The notes below the pieces were generated by a model that saw only the letters and a program-made list of their open reading frames with translations, did not search any database and was not told where the DNA came from. A stretch of DNA of 63,992 bases, the filler included, from Welwitschia mirabilis (Eukaryota), in NCBI GenBank assembly GCA_051453625.1. It is 9 parts of one record of this genome, joined end to end, with 100 filler letters (N's around TTAATTAATTAA, not from the genome) between each part and the next. Parts side by side here need not be neighbours in the genome. Positions count along the whole stretch, not along the records: positions 40,453 to 49,470 come from JBOZIK010000001.1; positions 49,571 to 55,553 come from JBOZIK010000001.1; 7 more parts are not named here. One strand, given 5' to 3'. The first letter of the stretch is position 1, and each line of letters starts with the position of its first letter. The position numbers and the translations under genes were made by a program. Shown piece by piece: positions 41,135-53,300 of this stretch.

Positions 41135-41760
41135 CTGGGTGACCAGTTCATATCTTTGGGCAATCTACCTGTTAAGAACTATAAAACTTCTTTAGGTTTA
41201 GGTGACTGAATCTATCATACTAAGTGACCAAACTGATACATTAGGAAGAAGACTGGTTCCAGCATGGACGACCATGCAAATCTCCTCAGGTGACCCTGTT
41301 AAAACTTCTGTGAAAAGACTGGGACAAACATGGGTAACTGCTCCAAAAGTCATGGGCAACCGCATTACAATCTACTAATTTTAGTTTCATAATAGGACAG
41401 ACGAGTAACCAGTTAGATACGGGTGACCGTACTATAATCTATGAAATTTCAGTATCTTAATAGTATGAGTGACTGGACAGGTCGATATAAATGACCTTAC
41501 TACTATTTGTGAAAGTTCACTCTCTTGACAATAAGGGCAACTGTACAACTTAGGTACAACTAATAGCATACTGCTCAGAATCTACCCTCATAAGGTCGAC
41601 CGATTCGCCTAAGTAAGGGTAACTGAAATAAGGTCGATCGCATATTTACATAAGGATAACTGAACATTCATTTATTTTCATACTGAGATATCTATAGCAA
41701 ACAAGGATGACTGAAGCAAAGAAAGAAGGGCAATCAGATACGAGGGCGACCGAGTTAGTT
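41135..41760. repeat. Cluster of degenerate palindromic GGTCGACC / GGGYRACYG motifs in the Copia 5' LTR
   Basis: About 20 spaced variants, e.g. GGGTGACCAG, GGACGACC, GGGCAACCG, GGGTGACCG, AGGTCGACCG, GGGCGACCG. Confidence 0.75.
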
Positions 41761-42338
41761 TTCAAGTTAGTCACACATATTACAAATGTAACCATTATTT
41801 TTCTAATGGTTCATCAAAAATCGCAAAATATTATAATGATTCACTTCCCTTCTCTGTGTACTTTCACTATTTTAGTTTGTTTTAATCAAAAGAAAGATAT
41901 CTCTTTTTGTTATACCATCGAATATGAGAAGAAAATTGTCACACCATTCTATCATTATATTTGAATAAGCTGTAAGTTTAGGTTTTTATTTGAGGCTCTT
42001 ATTGCATCATCTATTGTAAAGAGATTGTTGTACCACTAGAAGCATATCTGTGCATCAGTGCATCCTTCTTACTTTCTTTCTATTATGGTTAAGAATTAGT
42101 GCTAAAATCCTCTAATGTTGGAATAGGTTAGTGATGAGCATGAAAACTAATCTTTGAGGTTAATATATGCCAACCAGAAATAGAAGGTCTAAGGGGCTGA
42201 AGGGTGGTGTCTATCCATAATTAAAATATCCTGCACTTGTATTTATACATTGGTTTATTTTATTTGTAGATTTTAAATAGGAATAATATTGGTTCTAAAA
42301 TCTATTCACTCCCCTCTAGTGTTGATCCATAACTATCA

Positions 42339-42352
42339 ATTAGTATCAAAGC
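42339..42352 (+). promoter_or_regulatory. Primer-binding site, initiator tRNA-Met type (mutated)
   Basis: ATTAGTATCAAAGC versus the canonical TGGTATCAGAGC, with two G>A changes. Confidence 0.8.
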
Positions 42353-42404
42353 AAGGCTAAGCTACAGATTCTAATAGATCTCTACTCCAATCAACCCTAA
42401 AAAA

Positions 42405-45400
42405 TGAGTCAACCCATAAAATGAAACCCTGTCATAAGGCCTCTCTTCTTTGATGGAACTAATTATAGTTATTAGAAGGCAAAGATGAGCGTCTTTGTTC
42501 AATCCATAGACCTTGAAATATGGGAGTCTATTACTAATGGATATTATCTTTCCATTGTAAAAGATTTAATAAAAAGGTTAACTATTCTAAAGAGTAAGGA
42601 TAAGTGGATGCTTGACGAAAAATTNNNNNNNNNNNNNNNNNNNNNNNNNNNNNNNNNNNNNNNNNNNNNNNNNNNNNNNNNNNNNNNNNNNNNNNNNNNN
42701 NNNNNNNNNNNNNNNNNNNNNNNNCATGAAAGTAAACCCTGTCATAAGGCCGTCCTTCTTTGATGGAACTAATTATAGTTATTAGAAGGCAAAGATAAGC
42801 GTCTTTATTCAATCCATAGACCTTGAAATATGGGAGTCTATTACTAATGGATATTATCTTCCCACTGTGCAAGATTTAATAAAAGGGTTAAATATTCTAA
42901 AGAGCAAGGATAAGTGGATGCTTGACGAAAAATTACCAATAACTTACAACTTCAAAGGACTGAATGCCATTTTTTGTGCCATAGGTCTTGAAGATTTTAA
43001 AAGAGTAGTAAATTGCACTACTGCAAAAGAAGCTTGAGACATCTTGAAGACCATTCATGAGGGAATTAGCCTAGTAAAGTAGGCTAAGCTTCAAATTCTT
43101 ATCACTTAATTTAAAGATCTCAAGATGAAATATGATCAAAGTATTAATTATTTCTTTGTAAAGCTAATAGATATTGTTAATTCTATGTGTGGNNNNNNNN
43201 NNNNNNNNNNNNNNNNNNNNNNNNNNNNNNNNNNNNNNNNNNNNNNNNNNNNNNNNNNNNNNNNNNNNNNNNNNNNNNNNNNNNNNNNNNNNNNNNNNNN
43301 NNNNNNNNNNNNNNNNNNNNNNNNNNNNNNNNNNNNNNNNNNNNNNNNNNNNNNNNNNNNNNNNNNNNNNNNNNNNNNNNNNNNNNNNNNNNNNNNNNNN
43401 NNNNNNNNNNNNNNNNNNNNNNNNNNNNNNNNNNNNNNNNNNNNNNNNNNNNNNNNNNNNNNNNNNNNNNNNNNNNNNNNNNNNNNNNNNNNNNNNNNNN
43501 NNNNNNNNNNNNNNNNNNNNNNNNNNNNNNNNNNNNNNNNNNNNNNNNNNNNNNNNNNNNNNNNNNNNNNNNNNNNNNNNNNNNNNNNNNNNNNNNNNNN
43601 NNNNNNNNNNNNNNNNNNNNNNNNNNNNNNNNNNNNNNNNNNNNNNNNNNNNNNNNNNNNNNNNNNNNNNNNNNNNNNNNNNNNNNNNNNNNNNNNNNNN
43701 NNNNNNNNNNNNNNNNNNNNNNNNNNNNNNNNNNNNNNNNNNNNNNNNNNNNNNNNNNNNNNNNNNNNNNNNNNNNNNNNNNNNNNNNNGGCTCATAAAG
43801 TAAATAATTTGAGGAAAGAAAATAAAATTCTACTAGATAAGCTTAAGATTAGAGAAAATAAAATTAGAGATCTGAAGAATAACCTTGCCTCAACTTTCTT
43901 TCTGATTAAAGGAACTATGTCTAGCAAATCATTTCCTAGCTTGTTTTATTCCTATCATAGTTCATATATCAAACATTTGTTAAAATTAAACTCAAAATAC
44001 CCTTTAGCAAATAATACCTATTATTATTGTAATAAAAAGGGTCATTCTAAGATTGATTGTATTTTTTGCAAAAGTTGGTTTCCTCACACCATGTTAGGGT
44101 TTAAGTTTAATTTCTCCAAAATCGAATCAACATGCAAGTAAAAACAAATGCTTGAGGTGGATTCCAAAATTCTCAAACAAAAGCCTATTAATCCAAATGC
44201 CTTTAAAAGAAACTAATCATTCTTGTTGGTATCTTGATAGTGGTTTCTTTAGACATATAATAGGTGACAAGTTCAACTTCATTAAATTTAAGAAATACAA
44301 TGGAGAAGAAGTGACTTTTGAGGACAATGGAAGAGCTCAAATTAAAGGCATTAAAAGCATTGGTGGAGGTAACTTACCTAATATTCATAATGTGTTACTT
44401 ATGAATGGGTTAAGGCATAATTTGTTAAGCATTAGTCAAATTTGTGATAAAGGTCATAAAGTATTTTTTGATAAAAATAAGTGTATTATGAAACATGGTG
44501 AAACAGATCAACTTTTATTTGTAGCGAATAGACACGAAAATGTGTAGTACATAAATCAATCAAATAATTTTACTTATCTCTCTTCTTATACTCAAGAAGA
44601 TATTATCTGGCATCAACATTTAGGTAAAATTAGTTTTGATTCTTTGAAGAAATTATGTCATGATGAGATAGTTAGGGATCTTCCAAAAATATCTTTCTTT
44701 CACAAAGGGTTATGTGATACTTGCCGAAAAGGAAAACAAACCAGCACATCTCATAAAATGATTAGCGATATCACCACTAGCAAATCATTAGATTTAATTC
44801 ATATGGATTTGGTTGGACCTATTCAAACTGCTAGTCTATTTAGAAAAAGATATTTTCTTATTATGGTTGATGACTTTTCTAGATTTTAATGGGTAGCTTT
44901 TCTTCATGCAGAATCTAATGCATATGAAAATTTCATTAGAATTTATAAGAAACTTCAAACTAAAAAGGATATTTAATTAAGAAAATTCAAAGTAATCATG
45001 GTACAGAGTTCTAAAATAAAAGATTTGAATTGTATTATAACTTTAATGGAATTGACCATGAGTTCTCAGATCTTAAAATCCCTCAACAAAATGGAATAGT
45101 TAAAAGAAAAAAATTGAACTTTACTAGATATGGCAAGAGTTATGTTAAATGACAAGGATATTCCAAAATGATTTTGGACTGAAGCAGTGAATACAACTTG
45201 TCATATTTCAAATAAAGTGTATTCTTCTAAAACTCCTTATAAGATTTAGAAAGGAAAGAAGCCGAATATATCTTATTTCAAAACCTTTGGAATTAAGTGC
45301 TTCATTCTAATAGATAGAGAAGAATTAGTAAAATTTGATTCTAAATCTGATGGGGTACTCTGAATTACATAGAGCTTATAGAGTGTTTAGCAAACATACT

Positions 45401-48312
45401 CTTAAATCCATGATGCTTCAGAAACCTCGAAATCCATTGAACTTGATAAAGATCTAATTCCTTTCTCTTCTATCTATTAAAATGAATATAACTCAAGAGA
45501 TAAGACAACCCTAGAAATTAATGAACTCANNNNNNNNNNNNNNNNNNNNNNNNNNNNNNNNNNNNNNNNNNNNNNNNNNNNNNNNNNNNNNNNNNNNNNN
45601 NNNNNNNNNNNNNNNNNNNNNNNNNNNNNTTGGACTGAAGCAGTGAACACAACTTGTCATATTTCAAACAAATTGTATTTAAGGTTTGAAACTTCTAAAA
45701 CTCCTTATAAGCTTTAGAAAGGAAAGAAGCCAAATATATCTTATTTCAAAACCTTTGGAATTAAGTGCTTTATTCTAATAGATAGAGAAGAATTCGTAAA
45801 ATTTGATTCTAAATCTGATGAAGAAATCTTTTTGAGGTACTCTGAATTACATAGAGCTTATAGAGTGTTTAGCAAACATACTCTTAAATCCATGATGCTT
45901 CAAAAACCTCAAAATCCATTGAACTTGATAAAGATCTAATTCCTTTCTCTTCTATCTATCAAAATGAATATAACTCAAGAGATAAGACAACCCCAGAAAT
46001 TAATGAACTTAAGGATCATCCTCTAAACTCTATCATAAAATTTAGTACTCAGGTTTTTCTTCTATCTCAAGTAGAACAAAAAACTTTTAAGGAGGCTGAA
46101 TCTGACCCTTATTGGATAAATGCAATGTAAGAAGAACTTGAACAATTCTCTCAAAATCAGATGTGGTCACTTATTCCAAAACCAATCAGGAAGAATTTTA
46201 TAGGCACAAAATGGATTTATAGAAATAAAGTAAATGAAAAAAATAAGATCACGAAGAATAAAGCTATACTTGTGGCTCAAGGATACTCTCAAATAGAAGG
46301 AGTAGATTGTGGAGATACTTTTACATTGGTTANNNNNNNNNNNNNNNNNNNNNNNNNNNNNNNNNNNNNNNNNNNNNNNNNNNNNNNNNNNNNNNNNNNN
46401 NNNNNNNNNNNNNNNNNNNNNNNNNNNNNNNNTCATGTTTTTCTTTTATCTTAAGTAGAAGAAAAAACTTTTGAGGAGGCTGAATCTAACCCTTATTAGA
46501 TAAATGCAATGTAAGAATAACTTGAACAATTCTCTCAAAATCAGATGTGGTTACTTATTCCAAAACCAATCAGGAAGAATTTTATAAGCATAAAATGGAT
46601 TTATAGAAATAAAGTAAATGAGAAAAATAAGATCACAAAGAACAAAGCTAGACTTGTGGCTCAAGGATACTCTCAAATAGAAGGAGTAGATTATGGAGAT
46701 ACTTTTACATTGGTTACTAAATTAGAATCAATAAGGATGTTTCTATCCTTTGCTTGCTATAAGAAAATGAAAGTATTTCAAATGGATGTAAAGGATGCTT
46801 TTCTAAATGAACATATTGAAGAAAAAATTTATGTAAAACAACCTCAAGACTTCTCTGATCCTCATAAACTTGATTATGTGTATAAACTTAATAAGGCCTT
46901 ATATAAATTAAAACAAGCTCCCAGAGCTTGGTATGAAAAACTTTCCTCATTGTTACTCCAGCATGGTTTTTCTAGAGCCTTCATTGATAGAACTTTATTT
47001 AGAAAAGTTTTAAATGATGATTTAATTTTGGTTCAAATATATGTAGATGATATTATTTTTGGGTCAACAAATGTAAAATTGTCAAATCATTTTACAAGTC
47101 TAATGAGTTCTGAGTTTGAAATGAGCATGTTTGGACTAGTAAATATGTTTTCAGGGTTATAAATTTAACAAATTAAAGATGGTATTTTTATATGTCAAAA
47201 TAAATACTCCTGATATTTAATCAAGAAATTTAAACTTGAGAATNNNNNNNNNNNNNNNNNNNNNNNNNNNNNNNNNNNNNNNNNNNNNNNNNNNNNNNNN
47301 NNNNNNNNNNNNNNNNNNNNNNNNNNNNNNNNNNNNNNNNNNNTTTAGAAAAGTTTTAAATGATGATTTAATTTTGGTTTAAATATATGTAGATGATATT
47401 ATTTTTGGGTCAACAAATGTAAAATTGTTAAATCATTTTACAAGTCTAATGAGTTCTGAGTTTGAAATGAGCATGTTTGGACTAGTAAATATGTTTTCAG
47501 GCTTATAAATTTAACAAATTAAATATGGTATTTTTATAAATCAAAATAAATACTCCTCATATTTAATCAAGAAATTTAAACTTGAGAATGCAAAATGTAT
47601 GGACTCTNNNNNNNNNNNNNNNNNNNNNNNNNNNNNNNNNNNNNNNNNNNNNNNNNNNNNNNNNNNNNNNNNNNNNNATTATTGGAAGTCTATTGTATCT
47701 AACGACTAGTTGCCCTGTTATAGCTTTTAATGTTGGTTTGTGTGCCAGGTATCAAAGCAAATCAAAGGAATCATATCTTATTACTGTAAAGAGAATACTT
47801 CATTATGTAAAAGGTACTCTTGATTTTGGTTTATTGTTTTTGAATAATACTCCCTTAAGCTTAACAGGTTATAGTAATGCAGATTGGGCCAAATACAAAG
47901 ATGATCCCATGAGCACGAGTGGTGTATGTTTCTTCTTTGAAAATTGCCTTACTGCCTGGTATAGCAAAAAACAATGCTCCATATCTCTCTCTACAGCCAG
48001 AGCTAAGTACATAGCTTTTAGATCTTATTGCACTCAAACTTTATGGACGAAAAGTCCTTAAAGGATTATGGCCTAAACATCATAGAAGTGTCCATTTTAT
48101 GTGATAACTCAAGTGCTATTCAAATTACTCACAATTTAATTCAACATACTTGCACTAAGTACATTAATATTAGGTATTATTTTATTTGAGAATTGATAGA
48201 AAAGAAAATAATTATATCAGAATATGTATGTACTAAAGATTAATTAGCGAATATATTTATAAAACCCTTATCATCCGATTGTTTCACAACTCTTCATTAC
48301 TTTCTAGGCATC
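42405..48312 (+). pseudogene. Copia gag-pol polyprotein pseudogene
   Basis: RPLFFDGTNYSY*KAKM (gag), YCNKKGHSKIDC knuckle, WYLDSGFFRHIIG (protease), LDLIHMDLVGP (integrase), KARLVAQGYSQIEG, QMDVK, KQAPRAWY and QIYVDDIIFGS (RT), GYSNADWA (RNase H). Many stops and frameshifts. Confidence 0.95.
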
Positions 48313-50326
48313 AAANNNNNNNNNNGAGTTCAGTTAAGAGGTTCAAACCGATCATTATGATATAAGTTTAAACTCTTGTCGACCTCCTTTCCAAAGTGGG
48401 GTAACCGCTCATCTTTTGGTTTCTTACTATTAAACTTTTTCCTTCACTGGGTTAACTAACCATATCATTGAGTCAATCAGATTTGTCTCAGTTTTTCTAT
48501 AAAATCTTCTAGTCACTGGGTCGACTGTGAACTTTTCTCAGGTTGCCCTTTTTCAAGATCTGATTCTAGATATATAAGGTTGACCACAANNNNNNNNNNN
48601 NNNNNNNNNNNNNNNNNNNNNNNNNNNNNNNNNNNNNNNNNNNNNNNNNNNNNNNNNNNNNNNNNNNNNNNNNNNNNNNNNNNNNNNNNGAATTAATAGA
48701 AAAGAAAATAATTATATTATAATATGTATGTACTAAAGATCAATTAGCGAATATATTTATAAAACCCTTATCATCTGATTGTTTCACAACTCTTCATTAC
48801 TTTCTAGGAATCAAATATGAAATAGACTTGTCAAACCTAGCCTCAGCTAAACAATAGAGTTTAGTTAAGGGGTTCAAATCGATCATTGTGATATAAGTTT
48901 AAACTCCTGTCGACCTCCTTTCCAAAGTGGGGTGACCGCTCATCTTTTGATTTCTTACTATTAAACTTTTTCCTTCACTGGGTTGATCACCCATATCGTT
49001 GAGTCAATCAAATTTGTCTCAGTTTTTCTATAAAATCTTCTAGTTACTGGGTTAACTGCGAACTTTTCTCAGGTTTCCCTTTTTCAAGATCTAATTCTAG
49101 ATATATCAGGTTGACCACAACCTCTTCCTAGANNNNNNNNNNNNNNNNNNNNNNNNNNNNNNNNNNNNNNNNNNNNNNNNNNNNNNNNNNNNNNNNNNNN
49201 NNNNNNNNNNNNNNNNNNNNNNNNNNNNNNNNTCGATCGACTTTGACTTGTTTTCCACTATCAAAACCTAGTATCATAGGGTTAACTGCCTAATTATTTA
49301 GGATCGATCATTGCCTTATTGTTCTAATCTTAAAATCTTTACATGGGTTGACCGACCTCGGTGATCGGTCATCCATATTTAAGGTGGTGCACTGCAGATT
49401 TTTAAAATCTGCCCACCCTTTTTTGAAAACCTCATTTCTTACATCTTCTTTATCAATTTCTTACCTATTGNNNNNNNNNNNNNNNNNNNNNNNNNNNNNN
49501 NNNNNNNNNNNNNNTTAATTAATTAANNNNNNNNNNNNNNNNNNNNNNNNNNNNNNNNNNNNNNNNNNNNTATAAAGTTTCTCTAAATATTCTTTCTTTA
49601 GAGGGAGTTATAAGTTTATATACATGAAAGTAATAAATTATTTCAATTTACTTGGTATCATAATATTTGCTATGAGCCATTCTTGTTAGAAGTTCCAATA
49701 AAAAATCTTTTTTATTAGCAAGGGAAAGCCATAGTTTCTCTTTTCCCTCTCTAAGTTCTTGCTCTAATTCTTCAATTCAAGTTTGAGCATTGTGTAGAGA
49801 GGACTTGTTTGACTTTTGGAATTCAAATTGAGAGATTAATCTCTCCTCCAAGTGCTGCTTTTTCTCCTTTGCTTTATTATATTCTCTCTGCCAAAAAAAA
49901 ATTTACTTTTGCAAACTTCATTTTCTAGTTCCAAAAATTTAACTTTTTATTTTAAACTAAGATTTTATTTTTCTTTCTTCTTACAGTTGATTCTTTTTTG
50001 ATAGGAAGATGGTTAAAGAATTTATAGCGGCACAATTCTACTTTATCTTTTTTTAGTGATTTATAAAAGATTTTCTTCCTTTTGTAACTCTAATCATTAT
50101 AAAGTAAATGCATTTTCTTTCTCTATGGAAGGTTCTGGGGGCTTTTTTTAAATTTCATCATTGGCTAACTAGTTAAAGGTGCCTCTTTTATGCTAGAATA
50201 CTAAAGGATGTCAAAACTGAAACTCCAAATAAGGATGCAACTGAGAATTTCTCGCAATCTTTTTTTCTTAAAACGGATTATAGAACATTTCTATCTAAAA
50301 TAATCCTTCCAATTGGTGAGAAAAAT

Positions 50327-53300
50327 TAATGCACTATCAAATTATGTGTATTTGATGAGGTGTTGTAAGTTATTTTGCAGAACATCTACACAAGTTTAGA
50401 TGCAAATCTAAGGATTATAGATAATTCATGGAAGATCTTAAATATGTGTAATTCTTTACATGATTAGAAACATTTAAGACACATTCTAATACACATGGCT
50501 TTGGAGGAAGATCACTAATGAAAAAGTCTAGCTTCTCCTGAGTTAGAAGGATAAAGAAGAGTGTTATCCCCTATGTTGTTCCCATAATAGGTAGGACGAC
50601 GACACATTAGATACTGACGTAGATTGGATCTGGCACTATTGAATCACTATTGAATCATCTTTTGTAAAGGACTATTGTCCTCATGGTCATTTCCATGACA
50701 TGCTGGACGACAATNNNNNNNNNNNNNNNNNNNNNNNNNNNNNNNNNNNNNNNNNNNNNNNNNNNNNNNNNNNNNNNNNNNNNNNNNNNNNNNNNNNNNN
50801 NNNNNNNNNNNNNNNNNNNNNNNNNNNNNNNNNNNNNNNNNNNNNNNNNNNNNNNNNNNNNNNNNNNNNNNNNNNNNNNNNNNNNNNNNNNNNNNNNNNN
50901 NNNNNNNNNNNNNNNNNNNNNNNNNNNNNNNNNNNNNNNNNNNNNNNNNNNNNNNNNNNNNNNNNNNNNNNNNNNNNNNNNNNNNNNNNNNNNNNNNNNN
51001 NNNNNNNNNNNNNNNNNNNNNNNNNNNNNNNNNNNNNNNNNNNNNNNNNNNNNNNNNNNNNNNNNNNNNNNNNNNNNNNNNNNNNNNNNNNNNNNNNNNN
51101 NNNNNNNNNNNNNNNNNNNNNNNNNNNNNNNNNNNNNNNNNNNNNNNNNNNNNNNNNNNNNNNNNNNNNNNNNNNNNNNNNNNNNNNNNNNNNNNNNNNN
51201 NNNNNNNNNNNNNNNNNNNNNNNNNNNNNNNNNNNNNNNNNNNNNNNNNNNNNNNNNNNNNNNNNNNNNNNNNNNNNNNNNNNNNNNNNNNNNNNNNNNN
51301 NNNNNNNNNNNNNNNNNNNNNNNNNNNNNNNNNNNNNNNNNNNNNNNNNNNNNNNNNNNNNNNNNNNNNNNNNNNNNNNNNNNNNNNNNNNNNNNNNNNN
51401 NNNNNNNNNNNNNNNNNNNNNNNNNNNNNNNNNNNNNNNNNNNNNNNNNNNNNNNNNNNNNNNNNNNNNNNNNNNNNNNNNNNNNNNNNNNNNNNNNNNN
51501 NNNNNNNNNNNNNNNNNNNNNNNNNNNNNNNNNNNNNNNNNNNNNNNNNNNGACTATCGTCCTCATGGTTATTTCCATGACATGCAGGACGACAATTGTA
51601 ATGTTTGATGCATCATTTCCTTTTTCATTCCCACAATAGATGGGACAATACTGTAACTATCAACTGACCTTTATTTATTTTATCCATTTCTTTTCTGTCA
51701 TTAAGCATGTTTTACAACATATTTTGTGTGTTGGTTTTGCTTTGTAACCCTATAAGTAAGATCCCCCTTCAACTCTTCTAGGCATCTTCATTTATACTAG
51801 ATATTCTCGTGATAAGAGATCAAAGAGTTGGAGATTTGTCTCGAGAGTTGCAGAAAGATGTTTCCTTGATGAAGAGATGTGCATCCTCCGTTAAGGCTTG
51901 GCTGTTTGGTAACCTAGATGTTGGTTTTTTCTTAATATAAAACTCTATTTTTATTATTTCCCTTGATCCAGTGATAGTTTCATTAGTAACATAAGTCTTA
52001 AGGACATCCTTTGTTAAGGCTAAAAGAAAGTAGTTTTAAGTTTATTTTGTATTGCATTTAGATATAGTTGCATTTGCATTTGCATTACATCTTTATTTCC
52101 TATATTGTTTTTCAATTTTGGTTACCATATTCTTCTGGAAAATTAATTCTTATTCTCTTCTCATAAGTCTTCAATGAGATATGACATTTGGATTACTTCA
52201 ATTCATACTAAAGCATGAGGATTATCATTGTTTGGGTGAGTAAATCGGATTTCTATTCGGTTCCTTATTTGTAGTGATGTTGTATTTCTTAGTTATATTT
52301 ATAGGTTTTTAGATTTTTATTTTCTGTTTTTATAGTCTATACTAATAGTTATCATCCTCTCTATCATCCCCATAACATTAGAAATAATATCAAGTTTTTA
52401 TTTCTATCTATGAGTTTTCTATAAATATTTCTTATAGTTTTCATTTTAGAAATAAAAGAATTGTCATCTCCTTTGTCATTCCCACGAAATTATAGATGAT
52501 AGTTTGCAATTTTAGTCTTCTATTTTTTGATTTTATAGTTTTTGATTAGTTAGTAATAAAAATTTGTTTATCATTCCCTTTGTTATCCACATGCCCAAAA
52601 GGACNNNNNNNNNNNNNNNNNNNNNNNNNNNNNNNNNNNNNNNNNNNNNNNNNNNNNNNNNNNNNNNNNNNNNNNNNNNNNNNNNNNNNNNNNNNNNNNN
52701 NNNNNNNNNNNNNNNNNNNNNNNNNNNNNNNNNNNNNNNNNNNNNNNNNNNNNNNNNNNNNNNNNNNNNNNNNNNNNNNNNNNNNNNNNNNNNNNNNNNN
52801 NNNNNNNNNNNNNNNNNNNNNNNNNNNNNNNNNNNNNNNNNNNNNNNNNNNNNNNNNNNNNNNNNNNNNNNNNNNNNNNNNNNNNNNNNNNNNNNNNNNN
52901 NNNNNNNNNNNNNNNNNNNNNNNNNNNNNNNNNNNNNNNNNNNNNNNNNNNNNNNNNNNNNNNNNNNNNNNNNNNNNNNNNNNNNNNNNNNNNNNNNNNN
53001 NNNNNNNNNNNNNNNNNNNNNNNNNNNNNNNNNNNNNNNNNNNNNNNNNNNNNNNNNNNNNNNNNNNNNNNNNNNNNNNNNNNNNNNNNNNNNNNNNNNN
53101 NNNNNNNNNNNNNNNNNNNNNNNNNNNNNNNNNNNNNNNNNNNNNNNNNNNNNNNNNNNNNNNNNNNNNNNNNNNNNNNNNNNNNNNNNNNTGTCATTCC
53201 CACGAGAGGCAAGATGACTGTTAGTTATTTTTTATTTCATTTTTTGTTGTTTTCTGTTTGCAAGATATTATGACATGGTTAATCTAGGAAAGAAGTATCA

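Larger units (their letters stand above)
40453..49470 (+). mobile_element. SIRE/Maximus-like Ty1/Copia retrotransposon, degenerate, both ends in gaps
   Basis: U5 motif CTATTCACTCCCCTCTAG (42302-42319), LTR end at 42338, Met-type PBS, domain order gag-PR-IN-RT-RH, and palindromic repeat motifs in the LTR and downstream of pol. Confidence 0.9.

Noticed and set aside
6709..53224. Long ORFs in the track made mostly of X
   Set aside because: Read-through of N gaps with no coding evidence.
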